A DNA stretch of 26,139 bases from Deltaproteobacteria bacterium (GTDB lineage: Bacteria; Myxococcota_A; UBA9160; SMWR01), in assembly GCA_032128375.1 (NCBI GenBank), contig JAQBGU010000187.1, positions 1-26,139 of the forward strand, written 5' to 3'. Position 1 is the stretch's first letter. Every line of letters begins with the position of its first letter. A program made the translations under genes and the position numbers. A model generated the notes under the pieces. The model worked only from the letters and a program-made list of their open reading frames with translations, made no database searches and was not told the origin of the DNA. Shown here piece after piece: positions 1 through 8,891 of the stretch.

Positions 1-1
1 A

Positions 2-928
2 CGGGGGGTCACCGAGAAGGACATTCGCGATCTGAAATTCGGATTGCGCCAGTCGGTCGACTACGTCGCGATCTCGTTCGTTCGTTCGGCGGACGATATC
101 CGACAGGTGAAACGGCTGATCGAGGGTGCCGGATGCAACACACCCGTGATCGCCAAGTTGGAAAAAACGGAGGCGATTGAAGCCTTGGGAGCGATCGTCG
201 ACGCAGCTGACGGATTGATGGTTGCGCGCGGCGACCTGGGCGTGGAGCTCGCGCCTGAAAAAGTCCCGTTGGTGCAAAAGCGCATCATCGACCTCGCCAA
301 TCGGGCCGCCAAGCCCGTGATCACTGCGACGCAAATGCTGGAATCGATGATCCACAATCCTCGGCCCACCCGCGCCGAAGCAAGCGATGTCGCCAACGCG
401 ATCCTGGATGGGACAGACGCCATCATGTTGAGCGGCGAGACCGCGGTGGGTCGCTATCCCATCGAGGCCGTCGAAACGATGGTGCGGGTTGCGGTCGATA
501 TTCGTCAGAACGCTCCTGACCGCGAAACGCGGCCGACGCTTGCCACCAGCCTGACCGACTCCCGATCCGAAGCGATCGGCGCCGCTGTAGCAGCCGTCGT
601 CACATCACTGAGGGATATTCAGGCGGTTTGGGTGTTTACCCAGACCGGTGCGACCGCCCGACTCATCGTGCAGCACCGACCGGCCGTTCCGATCATCGCG
701 TTCACTCCGAACGAAGCCTGTTATCGGCAAATGGCGCTCGTGTGGGGCGTGACGCCCGTGCTCACGCCGATGGTCAGCAACTTTCGAGAGTTGGCAGCCA
801 AGGTGTTTCCACTCGCACAAAGCCGGGGGCTGGCCGAACCCGGTGATACGGTCGTGATGACGGGCACCCACCCGTTCGACGCGATGGCAGAAACAAACTT
901 TTTGAAGGTCCATACAGTCGGGGGTTAG
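2..928 (+). CDS. pyk: Pyruvate kinase, C-terminal part (5'-truncated by the window edge)
   Basis: The frame is open from position 2 (..VTEKDIRDLKFGL..). Motifs: ISFVRSADD, IAKLE, DGLMVARGDLGVE, ATQMLESMIHNPRPTRAEASDVANAILDGTDAIMLSGETAVGRYP; C-terminal alpha/beta domain (VFTQTGATAR, LVWGV). Confidence 0.97.
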   Translation, partial: RGVTEKDIRDLKFGLRQSVDYVAISFVRSADDIRQVKRLIEGAGCNTPVIAKLEKTEAIEALGAIVDAADGLMVARGDLGVELAPEKVPLVQKRIIDLANRAAKPVITATQMLESMIHNPRPTRAEASDVANAILDGTDAIMLSGETAVGRYPIEAVETMVRVAVDIRQNAPDRETRPTLATSLTDSRSEAIGAAVAAVVTSLRDIQAVWVFTQTGATARLIVQHRPAVPIIAFTPNEACYRQMALVWGVTPVLTPMVSNFRELAAKVFPLAQSRGLAEPGDTVVMTGTHPFDAMAETNFLKVHTVGG

Positions 929-955
929 CGATAGCGGCTGGGCGTAGGCTGCGCG

Positions 956-3160
956 CTATCCGTGGGGCGGGTCGCGCAGTGGCTGATCTGCCTCGAATAC
1001 GGCCAGGTGCGCGTTCAATTCGTCGAGTCGAGTGTTCTCGCCGGGTAGCCGATTCCCAGTCCGCCTGGTCTCGACTTCGATCGATTTTCTGGAAGCGGCT
1101 GCGGCTGCCGCGAAATCTCCGATTTCCGCGTGAGCAGCCGCGAGCGTGTCGAGGTGTCCAGGATTGTCGCCACCATCCATTTCACGGACCGCGAGCGCCA
1201 GGCGCAAGGCCTCGTTGCCGTCGCGCTGCGATGCGTCGGGACAAGTCGCGAGTGCCCATGCATAGTTGTTCCAGAGTTCTTCGGATTCCGGACACTCTTC
1301 GGAACCGATCCGAAGAGTCTCATGTTGAACGTGATAGTTCCGTTCGAGAAACGACAGGTTCGCGAGCAGAATGCGGGCCTCCGGATCGCAGTGGGACATC
1401 GCGAGCGCGGCGAGCAGGCGCTGCCGGGCGTCATCGCGCCGTTCGGTCTTCATCAGTACGTCGCCCAGCGCGACGAGGTATTGTGGATCATCAGGAAACA
1501 CAGCGACGATCTCCTCGAGCTGTTCGACTGCCTGCTCGTAGTGTCCCATCTTCATCAGTGCTTCGACACGAGATAGTCCGAAGCTCCCCGCCTGGAATTT
1601 CTGCCACAGCGATTCGAACCTCTTGGCGGCCTTCTCGTACCGCCTGCGGCTTTTCGCGCCCAATGCCTGGTTGAGGGTTCGAATATCATCGACAAGTTCC
1701 GACGGATTCGTGCCCGTTAGTTTCAAACTCGATAGGGAGTCCTTGAGTTCCGCAGAAGGTTTCGCCGCGGCGTATCCCAGCGATTGAAGACGCGCACGCA
1801 TCTCGGCGTCGATTGAAACCTCGGCGCCCGTGGGTCCGGTTGGCCCATCGTTGATGAGTTCAGCCATTCGAACTCGCAGGCGTTCGACGATATCGGGTCG
1901 GCTGGAGGCCAGGTTCGACTCCTCTCGGGAATCGGCCACCACGTCGTACAGTTCTGGCTCGAGTTTGTGGATGTACTTCCAAGGGCCTTCGCGAACGGAT
2001 CGGATCATCGAGGAACCGAATGCGAGAACCTCCGCCGACTCTCCGTATCCCGTCAGCTCGAGGTCCTTCGACGTCCCTGTGATCAACGGCAAGAGTGATT
2101 GTCCCTGGATTCCCTCGAGGGGAGACAATCCCAGCAGGTCCACGATGGTCGGTGCGATGTCGGCGGTGCGGACCAGCGAACTGACCAGGGATCCGCGGCG
2201 AATGATCGGAGTCCCCCACATCACCAGCGGTACCCGCATGGTCGTGTCGTAGACGAAAAACGCATGGGTCATCTCACCGTGCTGACCACGACCTTCGCCG
2301 TGGTCGGCCGTCAACACGACGAGCGTACTGGCCTCGAGTGCGAGGCCTCGAATGGTGTCGAGAAGCCGTCCGATTTCCGAATCGACGTAGCTGACTTCTG
2401 CGAGATACGGGCTGGTGGGAAAGCGATCGCGAAACTGCGGTGGCGGCGCATGGAAAATGTGCGGGTCGTAGTAGTGCAGCCAGAGAAAAGACTTGTCGGA
2501 CCTGTGGGCCCGAATGAATTCGATACCCCGATCCGAAATGTCAGCGGCCATCCTCTCTTCGAGTTGAAGCTCGTTCGATCGGTCGGGCGCAGCTGCTGGG
2601 TCGCCGTCTTTGCCGACCATCGCGACGACTTTCAATTCAACGTTGGCGGAAAGTGTATCCCGATAGACTGCGAACCCCTGGTTGAGCTGGGTCTGCCTGC
2701 CGATCACCGGCGCAGCGATCTCGGCGGCTGTCGCGAAACCGTGGCTGCTGAGAACCTCGGCCAAAGTCTGATTCGCCTGCGGCAGCTCGTAGCCGGAATT
2801 CGACCGCACGCCGTGCGCGTAGGGGAACTTGCCGGTCAAGATCGTCGCGTGTGATGGGAGGGTATTGGGTGCGCTAGTCATCGCGTGCTCGAAGCGAAGT
2901 CCCTCACCGCTCATTCGGTCGATATGGGGCGTCGTGGGCAAAGCCTGCCCGTAGACACCCAACGCATCGGCGCGGGTGGTATCGAGCGTGATCAACACCA
3001 CGTGGATCGGGGGCACCACCACGGGGTCGAGCTCGGGGGCGGGCGGGTCCTCGCCGCCGCAATTGATGAGTAGCCCCGCGACCGCTATCCAAAGCATCGG
3101 ATTGTGGCCGCCGCAGTATCGGATGCGCTTTTGGGGGGGTTTTTGAGAGAGTCGAGTCAC
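956..3160 (-). CDS. Sulfatase-like hydrolase/transferase (alkaline phosphatase superfamily) with C-terminal TPR repeats; probable lipoprotein, start may be 3097
   Basis: VVLITLDTTRAD, TLPSHATILTG..HGVR, FLWLHYYDPH, ADHGEG..HGE.TH, ELYD..D..E..NL and LQSLGY; helical TPR-like C-terminus (WNNYAWALAT, HLDTLAAAHAEIG). An alternative ATG at 3097 gives MLWIAVAGLLINC, a lipobox-like signal. Confidence 0.85.
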   Translation of the reverse strand: MTRLSQKPPQKRIRYCGGHNPMLWIAVAGLLINCGGEDPPAPELDPVVVPPIHVVLITLDTTRADALGVYGQALPTTPHIDRMSGEGLRFEHAMTSAPNTLPSHATILTGKFPYAHGVRSNSGYELPQANQTLAEVLSSHGFATAAEIAAPVIGRQTQLNQGFAVYRDTLSANVELKVVAMVGKDGDPAAAPDRSNELQLEERMAADISDRGIEFIRAHRSDKSFLWLHYYDPHIFHAPPPQFRDRFPTSPYLAEVSYVDSEIGRLLDTIRGLALEASTLVVLTADHGEGRGQHGEMTHAFFVYDTTMRVPLVMWGTPIIRRGSLVSSLVRTADIAPTIVDLLGLSPLEGIQGQSLLPLITGTSKDLELTGYGESAEVLAFGSSMIRSVREGPWKYIHKLEPELYDVVADSREESNLASSRPDIVERLRVRMAELINDGPTGPTGAEVSIDAEMRARLQSLGYAAAKPSAELKDSLSSLKLTGTNPSELVDDIRTLNQALGAKSRRRYEKAAKRFESLWQKFQAGSFGLSRVEALMKMGHYEQAVEQLEEIVAVFPDDPQYLVALGDVLMKTERRDDARQRLLAALAMSHCDPEARILLANLSFLERNYHVQHETLRIGSEECPESEELWNNYAWALATCPDASQRDGNEALRLALAVREMDGGDNPGHLDTLAAAHAEIGDFAAAAAASRKSIEVETRRTGNRLPGENTRLDELNAHLAVFEADQPLRDPPHG

Positions 3161-3336
3161 ATGCTGTTCGGAGGCTCGCCGCGGGGTTCGCGAAGTTCAA
3201 CGAAGTTCAAAAGGGTCGCTGAAACGTATCACAGCTGCCGGCGGCGAACTTCGGGACGACCTGATATCCCCTCGGGGATAGATCTCTCGGGAAAAACAGT
3301 CCGTTTTACCGGAGTTTCACATAGAAATATTGGTCT

Positions 3337-3364
3337 TTGACAGTACATGACTTACAGTCATAAT
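3337..3364 (+). promoter_or_regulatory. Putative sigma70 promoter of the fatty-acid operon
   Basis: TTGACA (3337-3342), 16-bp spacer, CATAAT (3359-3364), about 185 bp upstream of the first gene. Confidence 0.7.
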
Positions 3365-3444
3365 CGTGGCCAGTCACCCTGTGACGGCTGTGACTGGAAC
3401 GGAACGGAAAGTGACTGGAAAGTCTAGAAAGTGACTGAAAGTCA
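3347..3444. promoter_or_regulatory. Array of putative TetR operators
   Basis: Perfect palindrome ATGACT-TAC-AGTCAT (3347-3361) overlapping the promoter spacer and -10. Second TGACT-GAA-AGTCA (3432-3444), variant TGACT-GGAA-AGTCT (3412-3425), and inverted repeat CCAGTCAC (3370-3377)/GTGACTGG (3390-3397). Confidence 0.65.
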
Positions 3445-3549
3445 GAAATTTTGCCACAGCGGGCCCGAAAGTCCTGCCCTACGCTGAATCGCCCCCTACT
3501 TGATCGATTGAAGCGGGGCCCCGCGGGGCTCGGCTAGCGGAGACGCGAC

Positions 3550-4506
3550 GTGAATCAGGATTTCAGTCCCGGAAGCTGGGCCATCATCCTCGGGGGCTCG
3601 AGCGGTTTCGGCCTCGCCACGGCGCAGAAGTTGGCCGAGAGCGGTATGAGCGTTTGCATCGTACACCGCGACCGGCGAGGAGCCATGTCTCGAATCGAAC
3701 CCGACTTCGAGAAAATCCGGGGCAGCGGAACCACGCTGTTGACGTTCAACACCGATGCGTTGAACCCGCAAAAGCGCGACGAGATCCTCGACGAATTGAC
3801 CGCTGCGATGGGGGCTGAAGGGCGGGTCCGGGTACTGCTTCATTCTATTGCGTTCGGAAACCTGAAGTTGATCGTCCCCGAACCGTCCGCCGCCGGCACC
3901 CTCGCCGGCACCGCGGCAGGCTCGCTCGCAGATCGTCTCGGTATCGACCCAGAACAACTCTCCCGGGCGGCCGATGATTTGTTCGACAGCGGCAGCGACG
4001 CGTTGCACACGCTGGCCAGCCGGCCCGAGTACCCGAACCGCTACCTCGACGACGACGACCTTGGGCGCACGATCTACAGCATGGGGACGAGCATCCTGGG
4101 CTGGGCACAGGCACTGCTCGATCGCGCGATGTTCGCGGACGACGCGCGGATCTTCGGCTTGACGAGCGAAGGCAACGAAGTGGCTTGGAAGGGCTATGCG
4201 GCCGTCGCAGCAGCCAAGGTCGCCATGGAGTCGATTGCGCGATCCATGGCCGTGGAGCTGGCCCCTTATGGTATCCGTACCAACGTGATTCAGGCAGGAG
4301 TCACGGATACGGCGGCGATGCGTGCAATCCCGGGCAGCGCACAACTCAAGGCCCAAGCGCGCAGCCGCAATCCGTTCGGGCGGCTGACCACACCGCGAGA
4401 CGTCGCCAATGTGATCGATCTTCTTTCGCGACCGGAGGCCAACTGGATCAACGGCGAGGTCATTCGAGTGGATGGGGGCGAACACATCTCGGGGGTTTTG
4501 CGGTGA
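3550..4506 (+). CDS. SDR-family enoyl-ACP reductase (FabL/FabI-like)
   Basis: Rossmann motif ILGGSSGFG, the enoyl-reductase-type Y-x6-K motif (YAAVAAAK), IQAGVTDT, and C-terminal NPFGRLTTPRDVANV..WINGEVIRVDGG. Confidence 0.85.
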   Translation: MNQDFSPGSWAIILGGSSGFGLATAQKLAESGMSVCIVHRDRRGAMSRIEPDFEKIRGSGTTLLTFNTDALNPQKRDEILDELTAAMGAEGRVRVLLHSIAFGNLKLIVPEPSAAGTLAGTAAGSLADRLGIDPEQLSRAADDLFDSGSDALHTLASRPEYPNRYLDDDDLGRTIYSMGTSILGWAQALLDRAMFADDARIFGLTSEGNEVAWKGYAAVAAAKVAMESIARSMAVELAPYGIRTNVIQAGVTDTAAMRAIPGSAQLKAQARSRNPFGRLTTPRDVANVIDLLSRPEANWINGEVIRVDGGEHISGVLR

Positions 4507-5498
4507 CGGTGTTCTTGCACGGCCTGGGCCACTTCCATCCCAACAACGAGATCACCAACCAGTTTCTCGAAGATCTCGACATCGGCACCGACGATCAATG
4601 GATCATGGAGCGCGTGGGGATCCGCTCGCGGCGCACCGTGATGCCGCTGGACTACATTCGTGAGACCCAAAACGTGGAACCTCGGGCCGCAATGGACGCC
4701 GCCGAGTACACGAACGCGCAGATGGGTGCACGAGCGGCAGAACTTGCCATTTCGCGAGCCGGCATCGACAAGGGCCAGATCGGCATGGTCATCGGCGGCA
4801 CCTCCGCCGCCGACACCGCCACACCGGCCGAGGGCTGCAATGTCAGCCGCATACTCGAACTAGAGGTCCCGAGCTTCGATGTCATCTCGGCGTGCACCAG
4901 CTTCTACGTGCAGCTCTATCTGCTCTCGTTGATGCAGCCCGAGAAACTGCCGGACTACGTACTGCTCGTCGCGACGGACGGGCTCACCAAGACCGTCGAC
5001 TACAGAGATCGGGCAGCGGCCGTGCTGTGGGGTGACGGCGCCGCCGCCGCGGTGATCTCCACGCGCCACGAAAGCCGTGCCCGAATCCTCGGCAACACGC
5101 TCGACGGGAGCCCAGCAGGAAACGAAAAGGTTGTCGTCCCGCGCTTGGGTCACTTCCGTCAGGATGGCCGAACCATCCAGGTTTTCGGAATCAAACGCAT
5201 GACCCGAATACTCGCGAACCTGCAGGCCGAATTCGAGCAACCCGACCGCCACTTCAACTTTGTCGGACATCAAGCCAACAGACGGATGCTGGAGTCGGTT
5301 GTCAAGAGCCGCAACATCCCGAACGACAGGCACCACAGCAACGTCGAATGGTTTGGAAACACGGGATCTGCGAGTTCCGCTTCCGTGATCTCGATGCTGT
5401 GGGAGAAGTGGACCGATTCTGACGACGTGGCCGTCGTCGGCGTCGGCGCAGGCTTGGCGTGGTCGGGCTACCTGCTGCGGATTGGAGAGGATTCGTGA
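4503..5498 (+). CDS. fabH: Beta-ketoacyl-ACP synthase III (FabH-like)
   Basis: GTG at 4503 overlaps the upstream TGA (GTGA). Motifs TDDQWIMERVGIRSRR, catalytic Cys (SACTSF), LWGDGAAA, His (GHQAN), Asn (FGNTGSAS), GAGLAW. Confidence 0.9.
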   Translation: MTVFLHGLGHFHPNNEITNQFLEDLDIGTDDQWIMERVGIRSRRTVMPLDYIRETQNVEPRAAMDAAEYTNAQMGARAAELAISRAGIDKGQIGMVIGGTSAADTATPAEGCNVSRILELEVPSFDVISACTSFYVQLYLLSLMQPEKLPDYVLLVATDGLTKTVDYRDRAAAVLWGDGAAAAVISTRHESRARILGNTLDGSPAGNEKVVVPRLGHFRQDGRTIQVFGIKRMTRILANLQAEFEQPDRHFNFVGHQANRRMLESVVKSRNIPNDRHHSNVEWFGNTGSASSASVISMLWEKWTDSDDVAVVGVGAGLAWSGYLLRIGEDS

Positions 5499-6085
5499 AT
5501 TACCAGGAGTTCCAGCAGCAGAAGGCCTTCGACAAGGGCGAACTGCTCGCCTTTGCACATGGCAACCTGTTCGACGGCGCGCCGCCGGAATTCAAAGTGG
5601 AACTCCCGGCCCCTCCGATGCTGATGATCGACCGGATCGTCGACATCAGCCGCGACGGCGCTCGCGGCCGCATCGTTGCGGAACGCAATGTCTCCGTGGA
5701 CGACTGGTTCTTCGAGTGCCACTTCAGGGACGACCCGGTCCAGCCGGGCTGCCTCGGGGTAGACGGCGTCTGGCAGCTGTTGGGCTTCTATTGTGCGTGG
5801 CGCGGCGGTCTCGGTTCAGGACGGGCGCTCGGGTGTGGGGAGGTGGAATTCTCCGGGCAGATCCGGCCCCATGATCGCCTGGTTCGTTACGAGGTCGACA
5901 TACGTCGGTTCACGAAGATCGCCCATGCAGGCGCGTCGCTGGTGATCGGAGATGCACTGCTCTTCGTCGATGACGAGCTCATCTACGAAATCAAACGCGC
6001 GAAGGTGGGGACGTTTCAGGGAATCGATTATCCCGACTATCCGAAGGCTTCTGCGCGGTCGCGCGGTGGAAAAATGGAGCGATGA
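5495..6085 (+). CDS. fabA: 3-hydroxyacyl-ACP dehydratase/isomerase (FabA-type)
   Basis: GTG at 5495 (GTGA overlap). LPAPPMLMIDRI, WFFECHFRDDPVQPGCLGVDGVWQLLGFY (His/Asp dyad), GRALGCGEVEFSGQI. Confidence 0.92.
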   Translation: MNYQEFQQQKAFDKGELLAFAHGNLFDGAPPEFKVELPAPPMLMIDRIVDISRDGARGRIVAERNVSVDDWFFECHFRDDPVQPGCLGVDGVWQLLGFYCAWRGGLGSGRALGCGEVEFSGQIRPHDRLVRYEVDIRRFTKIAHAGASLVIGDALLFVDDELIYEIKRAKVGTFQGIDYPDYPKASARSRGGKMER

Positions 6086-6540
6086 GCGGAAGGCGCCTGA
6101 CACCCGATGAAGTCCTGGCGGCGCTGCCGCAGCAGGAGCCGTTTCGCTTCGTCGACGAAATCCTCGAGATCGATGAAGAACACATCATCGGCTCGTACCG
6201 GTTCCGGCCCGATGCCGATTTCTATCGCGGTCACTTCCCCGGAAATCCGGTCACACCGGGTGTGATCTTGATCGAGTCGATGGCGCAAGTAGGCATCGTG
6301 GCGCTCGGGCTCTACCTGTTGACGCTCGAGAGCGAGGCCGACATCGACACGATCACGACCCTGTTCACCGACACCAGCGTCGACTTCAATGGGATCGTCA
6401 AGCCGGGGGATCGGGTGACAATCTCTGCTAGAAAGACATTTTTCCGGCGTCGAAAGCTGCGAAGCGAAGCCGAGATGGCTCTCGACGATGGCACCGTCGT
6501 ATGCTCGGGAAGTGTTTCTGGCATGGGAGTATTCAGATGA
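6082..6540 (+). CDS. fabZ: 3-hydroxyacyl-ACP dehydratase (FabZ-like)
   Basis: LPQQEPFRFVD, FYRGHFPGNPVTPGVILIESMAQ (His/Glu dyad), VKPGD; ATGA overlap with fabA. Confidence 0.85.
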   Translation: MSGRRLTPDEVLAALPQQEPFRFVDEILEIDEEHIIGSYRFRPDADFYRGHFPGNPVTPGVILIESMAQVGIVALGLYLLTLESEADIDTITTLFTDTSVDFNGIVKPGDRVTISARKTFFRRRKLRSEAEMALDDGTVVCSGSVSGMGVFR

Positions 6541-7814
6541 GCAACCGCGTGGTGGTCACGGGCCTCGGGGTATTGGCAGCCAATGGCAACGGCATCCATG
6601 CCTTCGAGCTCGCACTCCGAAAGGGACACTCGGGTATTCGCCAGAACGAAAAGATGATCGAATGCGGCTTTGGCTCGCACGTCGCCGGCGTGCCTCAGGG
6701 AATCGACGAGATCGCCGAGTCCTATTTCGACGAAGACATGTTGCGAGCGATGAATTCGGGGCACCGATTTGCATCGATCGCGTCCGTCGACGCGTGGACC
6801 GACGCCGGCCTCGAGCGACCGGACCCGGCAGACGACACGGTCGATTGGGACACCGGAGCCATTCTCGGAACCGGGATCGGAGGCATGGACACGATCGCAG
6901 CCAAGGTCGTTCCACTGACGGACTCGAAGATGATTCGACGTCTTGGCAGCACCGCAGTCGAGCAGGTCATGGCCAGCGGCGTGTCAGCACGGCTGTCGGG
7001 GTTGTTTGCACTGGGCAACCAGGTGACGACCAACTCGAGCGCCTGCAGCACTGGAAGTGAAGCAATCTCGATGGGCTTCGAGCGGATTCGCAACGGTCTG
7101 GCGAAACGAATGCTCTGTGGTGGTGCCGAAGGCGCGAGCCACTACATCTGGGCGGGTTTCGACGCGATGCGTGTGTTGTGCCGCAAGTTCAACGATGAAC
7201 CCGAGCGGGCATCCCGACCGATGTCCGCATCAGCGGCAGGTTTCGTCCCGAGCGCGGGAGCCGGCGTGCTGATGCTGGAGAGTCTCGATAGCGCGCGAGA
7301 ACGCGGCGCGCGGATCTACTGTGAGATCGCCGGTTCCGCGGTCAACTGCGGTGGACATAGGGGGGGCGGAAGCATGACCGCACCCAATCCCGAGAGCGTG
7401 AAGCGGTGTATCAAGGCAGCATTGGCCGACGCGCAAACGCAACCGGAGGAAGTCGGCGCGATCAACGCGCATCTGACCGCGACCGGTGCAGACCCGAACG
7501 AAGTGCGCTCCTGGTCGGCGGCACTCGATTGCCGTCCACAGGATCTCCCCCCGATCACGTCGACGAAGTCGATGATCGGCCATGCACTTGGAGCCGCAGG
7601 CGGAATCGAATCGGTGGCCAGCGTTTTGATGCTCCGCGGCGGCTTCATCCATGCATCGATCAATTGCGGTGACGTGCATCCAGAAATCGAGCCCTACGCG
7701 GCGTCCATTCCGCACACGGCACGCGAACTTCCCGACCTCCAGGTGGTCATGAAGGCCGGCTTCGGTTTTGGGGACGTAAACGCGTGCGTCGTGTTCCGGA
7801 AGTGGAACGAGTAG
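6537..7814 (+). CDS. Beta-ketoacyl-ACP synthase I/II (FabB/FabF family)
   Basis: ATG at 6537 (ATGA overlap). RVVVTGLG, catalytic Cys (SSACSTG), His (INAHLTAT), His (TKSMIGHALGAAG), C-terminal GFGFGDVNA. Confidence 0.92.
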   Translation: MSNRVVVTGLGVLAANGNGIHAFELALRKGHSGIRQNEKMIECGFGSHVAGVPQGIDEIAESYFDEDMLRAMNSGHRFASIASVDAWTDAGLERPDPADDTVDWDTGAILGTGIGGMDTIAAKVVPLTDSKMIRRLGSTAVEQVMASGVSARLSGLFALGNQVTTNSSACSTGSEAISMGFERIRNGLAKRMLCGGAEGASHYIWAGFDAMRVLCRKFNDEPERASRPMSASAAGFVPSAGAGVLMLESLDSARERGARIYCEIAGSAVNCGGHRGGGSMTAPNPESVKRCIKAALADAQTQPEEVGAINAHLTATGADPNEVRSWSAALDCRPQDLPPITSTKSMIGHALGAAGGIESVASVLMLRGGFIHASINCGDVHPEIEPYAASIPHTARELPDLQVVMKAGFGFGDVNACVVFRKWNE

Positions 7815-7878
7815 CTCGACCAGCCCAATCGCCACCGGTAAATCAGACATCACACCAGATCACCAAAGGAGAAGTACA

Positions 7879-8127
7879 GTGGACCAGACGGAGATCTTCG
7901 AGAAAGTCATCAAGATTCTCACCCCTTACGTCAAGAACCAGGAAGCACTCGCCAAAGTCACGCCCGCTACGCACATCCTCGACGACCTGAAGGTGAATTC
8001 CGCTCGCCTCGTCGACGTTGTTCTCGAATTCGAAGACATCTTCGAGATCGAAATCGACGATGACGATGTCGACTCGGTAGAGACGGTGGGCAACGCAGTC
8101 GCGTTGATCGAGTCGAAGCTAGGCTAG
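7879..8127 (+). CDS. Acyl carrier protein
   Basis: 82 aa and highly acidic. DDLKVNSARLVDVVLEFEDIFEIEIDDDD matches ACP helix II with the Ser attachment site. RBS AAGGAG upstream. Confidence 0.92.
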   Translation: MDQTEIFEKVIKILTPYVKNQEALAKVTPATHILDDLKVNSARLVDVVLEFEDIFEIEIDDDDVDSVETVGNAVALIESKLG

Positions 8128-8891
8128 TGGCTTCGCGACCTTTCGCCCCCGTTCCGCCGCAGATGCGACGGAAACTGAAGGTTCAACGCGAGACAACGCG
8201 TCTGCTCTCGCCACTCACGCTCCCGCTGGTCGCACTCACCCTCCGATACGGGTTCGGATACCGAATCGAGGGGCTGACCGAGCTTCGCGCGGACTATCGC
8301 AGAGCCTCTCTCGAAAACGACGCCCCTATGATCATATGCGCAAATCATCTCACGCTGATCGATTCCTTCATCATCGCATGGGCACTGGGATCGCCATGGT
8401 GGTACATCCGGCAGTTTCGAACCCTTCCGTGGAACGTCCCCGAGCAATCGATCTTCGCCGCCACGCCCTGGCTTCGGAGCGCGATCTACATCATGAAGTG
8501 TCTTCCCATTCAGCGGGGCGGCGAGCGTCGGGGCGTCACTGAGGTGCTAGCGAAAATCGCCCACCTGATCTCGCAGGGCGAAACCGCGTTGATCTTCCCC
8601 GAAGCCGGCCGCAGCCGGTCCGGACGAATCGAGGTGGAATCGGCGGCAACTGGAGTGGGGCGAATTTTCAAGTCGGTGCCGAACTGTCGAGTGATTTGTG
8701 TGTACCTGCGTGCAGAGAGCCAAGAGTCGTATTCCAGCGCGCCACGCCGCGGGGATCGATTTCGGGGCTCGCTCGAAGTGATCGAGCCGAAGACTGACCA
8801 CCCAGGTGTCCGTGGATCGCGTGACATCGCGCATCAGATTCTCGTACGACTCGCAGACATGGAGCGTAGCTACTTCGATGCTCGGAAATGA
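8127..8891 (+). CDS. Lysophospholipid acyltransferase (PlsC family)
   Basis: HX4D motif NHLTLID, LPIQRG, IFPEAGRS; hydrophobic N-terminal segment; GTG shares one base with the ACP stop. Confidence 0.88.
   Translation: MASRPFAPVPPQMRRKLKVQRETTRLLSPLTLPLVALTLRYGFGYRIEGLTELRADYRRASLENDAPMIICANHLTLIDSFIIAWALGSPWWYIRQFRTLPWNVPEQSIFAATPWLRSAIYIMKCLPIQRGGERRGVTEVLAKIAHLISQGETALIFPEAGRSRSGRIEVESAATGVGRIFKSVPNCRVICVYLRAESQESYSSAPRRGDRFRGSLEVIEPKTDHPGVRGSRDIAHQILVRLADMERSYFDARK

Noticed and set aside
3496..4485. 329-aa minus-strand ORF
   Set aside because: Antisense shadow of the SDR gene.
4185..4502. Extended N-termini given by the ORF track (also 5459, 6501, 8806, 19118, 22554 and 22712)
   Set aside because: They overlap neighbouring genes or lack homology-like content; coupled or RBS-supported downstream starts fit better.
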